Positions 54,212-62,427 of a stretch of 64,000 bases of DNA are shown here, in pieces. The notes beneath the pieces are model-generated. The model had not been told where the DNA came from, did no database searches, and was given only the letters and a program-made list of their open reading frames with translations. Every line of letters starts with the position of its first letter. Position 1 is the stretch's first letter. The position numbers were made by a program, and so were the translations under genes. This DNA is from Candidatus Limnocylindria bacterium (GTDB taxonomy: Bacteria; Methylomirabilota; Methylomirabilia; Rokubacteriales; CSP1-6). The stretch lies in NCBI GenBank assembly GCA_035524955.1, contig DATLFG010000072.1:66173-130172 (forward strand). Reading direction: 5' to 3'.

Positions 54212-56530
54212 TCAGAGCCTCTTGGTCAGTCCCTGGACCAGCTGGAGCAGGTGCGGCAGGGCCTGGGACTGCTTGCCGGTGAGATGAAGCCGGATCACCC
54301 GGCGCGCTCCGTCGCGCAGACTCTGGAGATCGCCCAGCGCCTGGGCGGCCTTCAGGGTCGAGAAGCCGTATCCCGCGCCGGGAATGGCCGGGTCCTCACG
54401 GTCGTCCCCGGTGATCTGGATGAACAGGCCGCTCGTGGGCCCGCCCTTGTGGAGCTGGCCCGTCGAGTGGAGATAGCGCGGGCCCCAACCGACCGTGGTC
54501 GCGATGCGCAGCCGGTCGCGCAGAGCCACCCGGACCTCCTGGAGGATCCGCCACGCGTCCGAGGTCGGCGTGAGATAGGCCTGGATGGCCAGGTAGTCGC
54601 CGGGGACCGCCTGGGCCAGGTGCGCAGCCACGCCTCGGCTGACCGACGTCGGCTTCTTGTTCGACTTGGTCATGAGCACCAGGCCGTCTTCCTCGATGTC
54701 CGAGGGCCACTCGGGCAGGCGGCGCGAGCGCCGCCACTCGGTGAGCAGTGTGCTCGTCTGCTCCTTGCCGCGCGCCACGTCGGGCTCGTCGAAGGGATTC
54801 ACCCCGAGCACGGCGCCCGCGGTGGCGGTCGCCAGCTCCCAGCGGAAGAACTCGGCGCCGAGATCCATCGCATCCTTCAGCATGAGCCGCAGCACGGGGT
54901 GGCCCGCATCCGAGAGCGTCGCGAGAGCCGCGTCGTGGGTGGTATCGCCCTCGAGCACGATGGACACGAAGATTCGGTCGTCGCCGTACACGCTCGGCGC
55001 GCCGAGCGGCTCGTCCGCCACCGGCACGAGACCGGTGCCGTCCTTGCCGAGCGACTCGGCCAGGAGCTGCTCGATCCAGCTTCCGAGCGCGCGGATCTTC
55101 TCGGAGAGCACCAGCGTGACCTTGTCGCGGCCGGCGCGGGCGAGCCCGGCCAGCACCGCGCCGAGCTGGACCGCGGGATTACCGCGCACGCCTACCTCGT
55201 TGCCGCACGTCTCCACCATGCCGTGGGCGCGCTCGAGCAGGATCTTGATGTCCACGCCGATCATCGCCGCGGGCACCAGGCCGAAGAACGAGAGCGCGGA
55301 GAAGCGCCCGCCGATGGACGCGGGATTGAGGAAGGTGCGGCGGAAGCCGGTCTCGGTGGCCAGCTTGTCCAGCGGGCGCCCGGGGTCGGTGATGGCCACA
55401 AACTGCATGCCGGGGCGGGGCGACGCCGCGGCCTCGACCTGGCCGCGGAAGAACGAGTACGCGGCGAGGGTCTCCGCGGTGGTGCCGGACTTGCTCGAGA
55501 CCAAGAAGAGCGTGCGCCCCAGGTTGCAGGCGTCGAGAATGTGCTTGACCGCGCCCGGATCCGTGGAGTCGAGCACGAGCATGTCCGGGAAGCCCATCTT
55601 GGACCCGAAGGTCTCGTTCAGCACTTCGCCGGTCAAGGAGGAGCCGCCCATGCCCAGGAGGACCACCTGGGAGAATTGGAGCCGGCGGATCTCGTCGGCG
55701 AACGTGCGGATGTCCTCGGCGTGGCTGCGCATGATGGTGGGCGAGGTGAGCCAGCCGAGGCGATTGCGCACGGTGGCGGGGTCGCCCTTCCACAGCGTGG
55801 CGTCCTTTACCCAGAGGCGGTCCAGGAACTCGTGGGTCTCGAGGAAGCGCAGCGTCTCCTCCACCGCGGGCAGCTTGAGCGGGTCCGGCAGCACCAGCGC
55901 CGGGGTCGTGACTGCCGGCGCCGTCGGGCGCGGGGGCGGCGTCTCCGCCGGGGCGTCCGACTCCGCGCGCACGGCCACGGGTTGGCCCAGGGGCGGGGCC
56001 GGTTTCGCGGACACCGGCCTGGGCGTGGTGGCCCTCGGGCCTCCCTTTTCTTCCGCGGGCCGGAGCGGCGCCTTGTCGGCTCCGAGCAGCCCGGCCTCGA
56101 GTTGTCCGATCTTGGCCACGTGCCGCGACTGGGGCTCGCCCGCGGGGAACTGGCTGCCGATGAAGGCCTGGGCGATCTCGATGGCGGTCTTGGCCTCGAG
56201 CCCGGCCGCGGCAAGGCAGAGCACGTTGGCGTCCACCTCCTCGCGGCTCCGGCGGGCGGAATCGATGTCGTGACTCATCGTCGCGCGGATGCCCCGCATC
56301 TTGTTGGCCGCGACCACCCCGCCGGCCCCGCTGGCGCAGAGGAGCAGGCTCGCGTCCACGAAGCCCCGGAGCACCGCCTGGCCGACCGCCCGAGCGTAGT
56401 CCGGATAGTCCACGGGGTCGGTCGAGAAGGTGCCGAGGTCGAGGACGTCATGCCCGTCGGCCTCGAGGGCCGCCACGAGGGGCTCTTTGAGGGCCAAACC
56501 GGTGTCGTCACAGCCGATCGCGATTCGCAT
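54212..56530 (-). CDS. Fusion protein: N-terminal ribose-5-phosphate isomerase B (RpiB/LacAB), a Pro-rich linker, and a C-terminal glucose-6-phosphate isomerase (PGI, SIS-type)
   Basis: RpiB part (MRIAIGCDDTGLALKE…LLCASGAGGVVAANKMRGIRA…). PGI part (…LWKGDPATVRNRLGWL…MGGSSL…LVSSKSGTTAETL…SIGGRFSALS…). One 772-aa frame. Confidence 0.8.
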   Translation of the reverse strand: MRIAIGCDDTGLALKEPLVAALEADGHDVLDLGTFSTDPVDYPDYARAVGQAVLRGFVDASLLLCASGAGGVVAANKMRGIRATMSHDIDSARRSREEVDANVLCLAAAGLEAKTAIEIAQAFIGSQFPAGEPQSRHVAKIGQLEAGLLGADKAPLRPAEEKGGPRATTPRPVSAKPAPPLGQPVAVRAESDAPAETPPPRPTAPAVTTPALVLPDPLKLPAVEETLRFLETHEFLDRLWVKDATLWKGDPATVRNRLGWLTSPTIMRSHAEDIRTFADEIRRLQFSQVVLLGMGGSSLTGEVLNETFGSKMGFPDMLVLDSTDPGAVKHILDACNLGRTLFLVSSKSGTTAETLAAYSFFRGQVEAAASPRPGMQFVAITDPGRPLDKLATETGFRRTFLNPASIGGRFSALSFFGLVPAAMIGVDIKILLERAHGMVETCGNEVGVRGNPAVQLGAVLAGLARAGRDKVTLVLSEKIRALGSWIEQLLAESLGKDGTGLVPVADEPLGAPSVYGDDRIFVSIVLEGDTTHDAALATLSDAGHPVLRLMLKDAMDLGAEFFRWELATATAGAVLGVNPFDEPDVARGKEQTSTLLTEWRRSRRLPEWPSDIEEDGLVLMTKSNKKPTSVSRGVAAHLAQAVPGDYLAIQAYLTPTSDAWRILQEVRVALRDRLRIATTVGWGPRYLHSTGQLHKGGPTSGLFIQITGDDREDPAIPGAGYGFSTLKAAQALGDLQSLRDGARRVIRLHLTGKQSQALPHLLQLVQGLTKRL

Positions 56531-56550
56531 GGTCCCGCACGGCTATTCTC

Positions 56551-58020
56551 TCAGGACTGGTTAACGCCGACAATGTTGTCGTAGAGGCGTCGCTGCCGCT
56601 CGCGCGCGGCCCGGTACCGGGCATGCCGCTCCGCGACCGGATGGAGGAGCCGGGTGGGTGCCGGCGCCTCGGGAACGGCCACACCCAGGGTCTCGAGGGC
56701 CAGGAGGGCCGCTCCCCGGGTCGAGGCCTCCGCGTCCCCGCCCTGTGCCACCGGGACACCCAGGGCGTCGGTCACGATCTGGGCCCAGGCCGGTGAATGG
56801 GCCAGCGCCCCACCGGAGGCCACCACGACGTGATCGGCGCTCGCCAGCGGGCGCAGCCGGTCGTAGACGTCGGCCAGGCGGAACGCGACGCTCTCGAGGA
56901 GCGCCCGGGTGATCTCGACGGCCCCCGTGTCGAGCGAGAGGCCTGTGACGGCGGCCCGCGCCTCCGGCCGCCAGCCCGGGCTCCGCTCGCCGGCCAGGAA
57001 GGGGAGCGCGGTGAGCCCGTGTCCGTCCGGCGCGGCCGCGCCGAGTGCCGCCTCGAGGGCCGCGGGATCGGCGGGCAGGGCCAGGTGCCGGCGGCACCAG
57101 GCGAGCACGTTGCCGCCCTCCGATGTCGCGCCGCCGACCAGCGCGCGCCGGGCGTCCACCCGGTAGCGCCACAGTCCCCACGGCGTGACCGGGTGCGGGC
57201 CCAGGGGCTCCGCCAGGACCACGCGCAGAGCGGCGGAGGTCCCGACATTGAGCGCGACCCGCCGCGGGCCCCAGCAGCCGGAGCCCACGTTCGAGCACGC
57301 GCCGTCGCCGCGCGCCGGATGCCAGGGCACGCGCGCGAGCGCGGGCCAGCGCGCGGCGTGCGGGGTGATCAGGCCGGACGCGGTGGTGTCGTCGATGGGC
57401 GGCAGCTGCGCGGCGGTGATCCCGGCCGCGGCGAGCATGTCGGCGTCCCAGCCGCCGGCGATCTGATCCAGCAGGCCGGTGCCGGAGGCCATCGAGAGGC
57501 TCGTGGCGAGGCGGCCGGTCAGCCGCGCGTGCAGGTACTCGCCGAAGCCGCACCAGACGGCGGCACGCGCGAAGACCTCGGGGCGGCTCTCGCGCAGCCA
57601 GCGGAGCTTGGCGGGGAAGAACGCGGAGTGCAAGGGCGCCCCGGTGCGCGCGTGAATGCGGCGCTCGTCGTGGGCGCGCCGGAGCGCGGCGGCCGCGGGC
57701 CCGCTGCGGGTGTCGGCCCAGGTGATGACCGGCGTGAGCGGGCGACCGGCGCCGTCGAGCGCGAGCAGGCTGTGCCAGAAGACGGAGACGCCCACCGCCG
57801 CGATCTCCGGCGCGCGCGCGCCGCAGCCGGTGAGGGAGGTGTCGAGCGCGTTGGTCATCGCGGCCAGCAGGATATCGGCGTCCAGCTCGACGCCGCCGTC
57901 GGGCGTGGTACGTGGCTCGTAGGCGACCTGGCCCTCCGCGCCGGGCAGCGCGCGCCCGGCCCGGTCGAAGACGCGGACGCGGGCGGAGCTGGTGCCGACG
58001 TCCAGCGCCAGGACGAGCAT
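56551..58020 (-). CDS. FGGY-family carbohydrate kinase (gluconokinase/xylulokinase-like)
   Basis: MLVLALDVGTSSARVRVFD… N-terminal FGGY motif. …VASGGALAHSPAWAQIVTDALGVPV… C-terminal motif. The track ORF over-extends to 58611. Confidence 0.75.
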   Translation of the reverse strand: MLVLALDVGTSSARVRVFDRAGRALPGAEGQVAYEPRTTPDGGVELDADILLAAMTNALDTSLTGCGARAPEIAAVGVSVFWHSLLALDGAGRPLTPVITWADTRSGPAAAALRRAHDERRIHARTGAPLHSAFFPAKLRWLRESRPEVFARAAVWCGFGEYLHARLTGRLATSLSMASGTGLLDQIAGGWDADMLAAAGITAAQLPPIDDTTASGLITPHAARWPALARVPWHPARGDGACSNVGSGCWGPRRVALNVGTSAALRVVLAEPLGPHPVTPWGLWRYRVDARRALVGGATSEGGNVLAWCRRHLALPADPAALEAALGAAAPDGHGLTALPFLAGERSPGWRPEARAAVTGLSLDTGAVEITRALLESVAFRLADVYDRLRPLASADHVVVASGGALAHSPAWAQIVTDALGVPVAQGGDAEASTRGAALLALETLGVAVPEAPAPTRLLHPVAERHARYRAARERQRRLYDNIVGVNQS

Positions 58021-58096
58021 GTGCGATACTATACGACGCACTGGATCCGGGCTCGGGCCCGCTCCACGCCGTTCACCCGACAGGCAGGAGACCGAC

Positions 58097-58627
58097 ATGT
58101 CCCTCATCACGGTGCTGAGCCCGGTGGGCGAGCTCCGGACGGCGACCACGGCGATTCCGCCGCTGCCCGCCGATCTGCGCGGCCTCACGGTGGGCTTCCT
58201 CGACAACACCAAGCACAACTTCGACCGCCTGGTCACCGGCATCGGCGAGCGGCTCATGGAGCGCCACGGTGTCAAGCGTGTGGTGATCCTCCGGAAGGCC
58301 AACGCGGCCACCGGCGCCGCCCACGCGATCATCGAGGAGCTGTCGAAGGAGTGCGATCTCGTCTTCGCCGGATCCGCGGACTGAGGCTCCTGCACGTCGT
58401 GGAGTCTCCACGACTCGCTGGAGCTGGCGAAGGCGGGCACGCCCGCGGGCCTGATCACCACCACCGTGTTCCAGCGCCTGGCCCTGGGGGAGATGGCGGC
58501 GCTCGGCGCCACCGGGCTGCCGATGCTCGTCGTCCAGCATCCGCTGGGCGGTGAGGCGCCGGAAGGCGTGAGCCGCCGCATCGCGCAGGCGGTGGAGCAG
58601 CTCGGCGCCATGCTGGGCGCCCGGTGA
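58097..58627 (+). CDS. Candidate selenoprotein with in-frame TGA (Sec) in a U-G-S-C motif (UGSC-family-like). Alternatively a 95-aa protein ending at the TGA.
   Basis: The ORF reads …CDLVFAGSAD-TGA(58382-58384)-GSCTSWSLHDSLELAKAGTPAGLITTTVFQRLALGEMAALGATGLPMLVVQHPLGGEAPEGVSRRIAQAVEQLGAMLGAR*. The downstream 80 codons are well-formed and high-GC3 in the same frame. A hairpin lies 11 nt after the TGA. Confidence 0.55.
58396..58414 (+). promoter_or_regulatory. Candidate bacterial SECIS-like hairpin
   Basis: GUCGUGGAG-U-CUCCACGAC starts 11 nt after the UGA. A plausible apical loop is AGUCU, containing G and U. Confidence 0.4.
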
Positions 58628-58634
58628 GCCCGTC

Positions 58635-59684
58635 GTGAGCGAGGCGGTCGAGACGGCGCTGACCCTGCCGGAGGAAGACGTCTACGCGGAGTTCTGCAAA
58701 CGGGAGTGGTGCGACGGGCTCCCGTTCGTGCCGCCCACCGCGGAGCGCGTGCGCGCGATGCTGGCCGGGGCCAGGGCGAAGCCCGCCGAATCGCTCGGCG
58801 TGATGCCGCCGCTCTGGCGCGAGTGCGCGGTCGAGAAGCTCGCGGTCAACGCGGTGATGGCGGGCTGCGAGCCGGCGTGCTTCCCGGTGATCGTCGCGGC
58901 CACCCAGGCCCTGCTCGATCCCGCCTTCAATCTCTACGGCGTCCAGGCCACGACGCATCCGGTGGCGCCGCTGGTCGTCGTGACCGGGCCGTACGCGCGC
59001 GCGATCGGGCTGCACGCGGGCTCCGGCCTCTTCGGGCCTGGCTTCCGTGCCAATGCCACGATCGGGCGGGCGATCCGGCTGATCCTGATGAACGTGGGCG
59101 GCGGCTGGCCCGGCCGCGGCGACATGGCCACCCAGGGCAGCCCGGCCAAGTTCTCCTACGCGATCACCGAGCGCGAGGACTCGCCGTGGGAGCCGCTGCA
59201 CGTGGCGCTCGGCTTCAAGGCGGAGCAGAGCGTGGTCACCGTGTTCGGCGGCGAGGGCCCGCACAACGTCAACGACCACGTGTCGACCACCGCGACCGGC
59301 ATCCTCAACAACGTGGCCGACGTGGCCACCACGCTGGGCTCCAACGTCGGCTGGTACCTCTCGCAGAGCCAGCTGCTGGTCGTGCTCGGGCCGGAGCACG
59401 CCGCCACCATCGCCGCCGACGGGTTCACCCGCGCGGACGTGCAGCGCTTCGTCTTCGAGAACGCGCGCATGCCGCTCGGCCGCATGAAGCTGGGCGGCAT
59501 GTGGGGCATGCACGACTGGCCCACGTGGATGGCCAGGGAGACCGACGATTCGGTGCGGCTGCCACGCGTGCCCGCGGTGGAGGACGTCTACGTGATGGTG
59601 GGCGGCGGCTCGGGGAAGCACTCCTGCGTCGTCCCCAACTGCACGTTCAGCCGCGCGGTCAGCCGCGCCCTCGACCCGGCCTAA
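58635..59684 (+). CDS. Conserved hypothetical protein (no family recognised)
   Basis: 349 aa with good codon usage. GTG start 8 nt after the upstream stop. Confidence 0.5.
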   Translation: MSEAVETALTLPEEDVYAEFCKREWCDGLPFVPPTAERVRAMLAGARAKPAESLGVMPPLWRECAVEKLAVNAVMAGCEPACFPVIVAATQALLDPAFNLYGVQATTHPVAPLVVVTGPYARAIGLHAGSGLFGPGFRANATIGRAIRLILMNVGGGWPGRGDMATQGSPAKFSYAITEREDSPWEPLHVALGFKAEQSVVTVFGGEGPHNVNDHVSTTATGILNNVADVATTLGSNVGWYLSQSQLLVVLGPEHAATIAADGFTRADVQRFVFENARMPLGRMKLGGMWGMHDWPTWMARETDDSVRLPRVPAVEDVYVMVGGGSGKHSCVVPNCTFSRAVSRALDPA

Positions 59685-60589
59685 CGGCGGACGGTCGCGA
59701 GCAGCGCGATGGCGGCCAGGAGAAGGAGGGCGCCGGCGACGCCGAGCGGGCCCAGGCGCTCGCCGAAGACCACGAGGCCGAGCGTGGTGGCGGTGAGCGG
59801 CTCGAGCAGGGCGACGATGCCGGCGGTGGTGGCCGGCACGCGGTCCAGTCCCGCCGCGAACAGCGCGTAGGCCGCCGCGGTGGGCCCGAGCCCGAGGTAG
59901 AGCAGGAGCGGCCAGCCGGTCGCGATCGCGCGCCCGGGCGCGGCCTCGCCGAGCAACGCGGGCGCGAGGAGGAGCGCGGCCAGGGCGAAGGTGATCGCGG
60001 ACACCGCGAGCGGCGTCACGCGCGCCAGGAGCCCCTTTGCGGCCACCGCGTACACGGCGTAAGATATCCCCGCGCCGAACGCGAGAAGCGCCCCCAGTCC
60101 GAAGCGGCCCGCGATCTCGCCGAATCCGCGCGGGCCGACCAGGAGCAGCGCGGTCCCGGCGACTGCCATCCCGAGCGATAGCCGCACGAGCGGGGTCGAT
60201 CGCTCGCCGAGGAGGAGGGTCGCCAGCACCGCGATGAGGAGCGGGGCGGAGCAGATGGCGAGGAGCGCGGCGGGCGCCACGCCGACCAGGGTGACCGCGC
60301 GGAAGTAGCAGACCTGGTACGCGGCCATCGCCACGCCGAGCGCCGCGCAGAGCGGCAGATCGGCGAGCGAAGGCCAGGGGCGGCGCGACGGGTGGCGCAC
60401 GCCGAAGCGGCCGACGCCGGCGGCGGCGAGCACGAGAACCGGCGCGGCGATGGCGAGGCGGCTCCAGCCGACGAGGAGCGGCGACACGGCGGCCTCGCGC
60501 GAGAGTAGAGTCATGGTGGCACCGGTGGTGCCCCACGAGATGGCGGCGATCGCGATGAGAACCAGGCCGAGCAGCACGGCCCCGAGCAT
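59681..60589 (-). CDS. EamA/DMT-family transporter
   Basis: 10 TM segments in two EamA repeats. ATG at 60589. The track ORF extends to 61450. Confidence 0.75.
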   Translation of the reverse strand: MLGAVLLGLVLIAIAAISWGTTGATMTLLSREAAVSPLLVGWSRLAIAAPVLVLAAAGVGRFGVRHPSRRPWPSLADLPLCAALGVAMAAYQVCYFRAVTLVGVAPAALLAICSAPLLIAVLATLLLGERSTPLVRLSLGMAVAGTALLLVGPRGFGEIAGRFGLGALLAFGAGISYAVYAVAAKGLLARVTPLAVSAITFALAALLLAPALLGEAAPGRAIATGWPLLLYLGLGPTAAAYALFAAGLDRVPATTAGIVALLEPLTATTLGLVVFGERLGPLGVAGALLLLAAIALLATVRR

Positions 60590-60610
60590 ACAGGAGGCGC
60601 GACAGCAAGC

Positions 60611-61519
60611 ATGAGCGAGCAGATCGGCTTCATCGGGCTTGGCAACATGGGCGTGCCGATGGCGGGGCGTCTGATGGAGGGCGGGTGCGCGCTGGTCGTC
60701 AACGACATCCGGCAGGACGCCGCGCGCCCGCTCCTGGCCCGGGGCGCCACGTGGGCCGCATCGCCCGCCGAGGTCGCGGCCGCCGCGCAGACCGTCATCA
60801 CGATCCTGCCGACCTCGCGCGAGGTGCGGGACGTGCTGCTGGGGGCGAAGGGGCTGCTCGAGGCGCTGCGGCCGGGGAGCCTCGTAATCGAGATGACCTC
60901 GGCCGACCCCTCGGCCACCCGCGATCTGGAGCGCGAGGTCGCCGCGCGTGGCTCCGCCCTCATCGACGCGCCGGTCTCGGGCGGGGTGCGCGGGGCGGTC
61001 GAGGGTTCCCTCGCCATCATGGTCGGCGGCGATCCCGCGCTGCTCGAGCGCGCGCGCCCGGTGCTGGCCCGCATGGGCAAGAACATCTTCCACGCCGGTC
61101 CGGTCGGCGCGGGCCACGCGATCAAGCTCGTGAACAACATGTGCTCGGGCGGCATCCTCGCGCTCACCATCGAGGCGGTCGCGGTGGCGGCCCGGTCCGG
61201 GGTGGACCCGACGCGGGCGGTGGAGATCCTGCAGGCCTCCAGCGGACGCTCCAACGCGAGCGACAACAAGTTCCCGCGGTTCATCCTCAACGGCGCCTTC
61301 GACGCGGGCTTTGCGATCCGTCTCATGATGAAGGATCTCGACGGCTACGGCCGGCTCGCCCAGGAGTCGGGCGTGCCGTCGCCGGTGGCCCGCGCGGCCG
61401 CGGAGGTCTACCGCCTCGCCATGGCCCGCGGCATGGCCGAGCAGGACCACACCGCGATCGCCCGCATCATCGAGGAGTGGGCGGGCGTCTCGCTCCGATC
61501 CCGGGGAGGCACGGCATGA
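60611..61519 (+). CDS. NAD-binding 3-hydroxyisobutyrate dehydrogenase / 2-hydroxy-3-oxopropionate reductase family protein
   Basis: IGFIGLGNMGVPMAGRL… then …GHAIKLVNNM… and …MMKDLDGYG…. Confidence 0.85.
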   Translation: MSEQIGFIGLGNMGVPMAGRLMEGGCALVVNDIRQDAARPLLARGATWAASPAEVAAAAQTVITILPTSREVRDVLLGAKGLLEALRPGSLVIEMTSADPSATRDLEREVAARGSALIDAPVSGGVRGAVEGSLAIMVGGDPALLERARPVLARMGKNIFHAGPVGAGHAIKLVNNMCSGGILALTIEAVAVAARSGVDPTRAVEILQASSGRSNASDNKFPRFILNGAFDAGFAIRLMMKDLDGYGRLAQESGVPSPVARAAAEVYRLAMARGMAEQDHTAIARIIEEWAGVSLRSRGGTA

Positions 61520-62421
61520 CGCGCATCGGCTTCATCGGGGTGGGCACCATGGGGCTGCCCATGGCGAGGAACCTCGTGAAGAAGGGCTTCACGGTGACCG
61601 CGTTCGACTCCAATCCGGAGGCGGTGAAGGCCGCCGCGGCGGCGGGGATGACCGCGGCGGCCAGCGCGGCGGAGGCGGTGGCCACCGCGGACATCGTGGT
61701 GACGATGCTGCCCTCCTCGCCGCACGTGGAATCGGTGTACACCGGCGACGGCGGCGTGCTGGCGGCGGCGCGGAAGGGCACGCTGTGCGTGGACATGTCC
61801 ACCATCGACCCGGCGGTGTCGCAACGGGTGGCGAAGGCCGCGCAGGAGCGGGGCGTGCGCTTCGTGGACGCGCCCGTCTCGGGCGGGACGCCGCGGGCCA
61901 CCGACGGCACGCTCGCCATCATGGTGGGCGGGGCCGCCGCGGATTTCGAGGAGGCCAGGCCGGCGCTGGCCGCGATGGGGACCAACGTCATCCACGTGGG
62001 CGCGGTCGGGAGCGGAGAGGTCGTCAAGCTCTGCAACAATCTCATCGCGGGCGTCGTCGGAGTGGCGGTGAGCGAGGCCTTCCGCATCGCGGAAGGCTTC
62101 GGCATGGACCCCAAGGTCGTCACCGATGTCATCTCCAAGTCTTCCGGCAACACCTTCCTGATGGGCTTCATGCACCCGGTGCCGGGCATCATGCCGACCG
62201 CGGCCTCCAGCAACGAGTACAAGCCGGGCTTCATGACCGATCTCATGTGCAAGGACCTGGGGTTGGCGGTGGACGCGGCGCGGAACCTCAGGGTGCCACT
62301 CTTCGTGACGCCCGCGGCCCAGCAGGTCTACCGCCTCGCCTCCTCCCACGGACTCGGGCGCCGCGACTTCACGAGCGTCTATTCCTTCCTCAAGCCGTCC
62401 TCGAGTCGGGCCCCGGTCTAG
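61516..62421 (+). CDS. 3-hydroxyisobutyrate dehydrogenase family protein (tandem paralog)
   Basis: IGFIGVGTMGLPMARNL… then …GEVVKLCNNL… and …LMCKDLGLA…. ATG overlaps the upstream TGA. Confidence 0.85.
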   Translation: MTRIGFIGVGTMGLPMARNLVKKGFTVTAFDSNPEAVKAAAAAGMTAAASAAEAVATADIVVTMLPSSPHVESVYTGDGGVLAAARKGTLCVDMSTIDPAVSQRVAKAAQERGVRFVDAPVSGGTPRATDGTLAIMVGGAAADFEEARPALAAMGTNVIHVGAVGSGEVVKLCNNLIAGVVGVAVSEAFRIAEGFGMDPKVVTDVISKSSGNTFLMGFMHPVPGIMPTAASSNEYKPGFMTDLMCKDLGLAVDAARNLRVPLFVTPAAQQVYRLASSHGLGRRDFTSVYSFLKPSSSRAPV

Positions 62422-62427
62422 GCGGCG

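Noticed and set aside
54251-58611. Long plus-strand ORFs (54251..56584, 56797..58554) and the 686-aa minus-strand ORF
   Set aside because: These are antisense or over-extended frames of the RpiB-PGI and FGGY genes. The kinase homology starts at the ATG at 58020.
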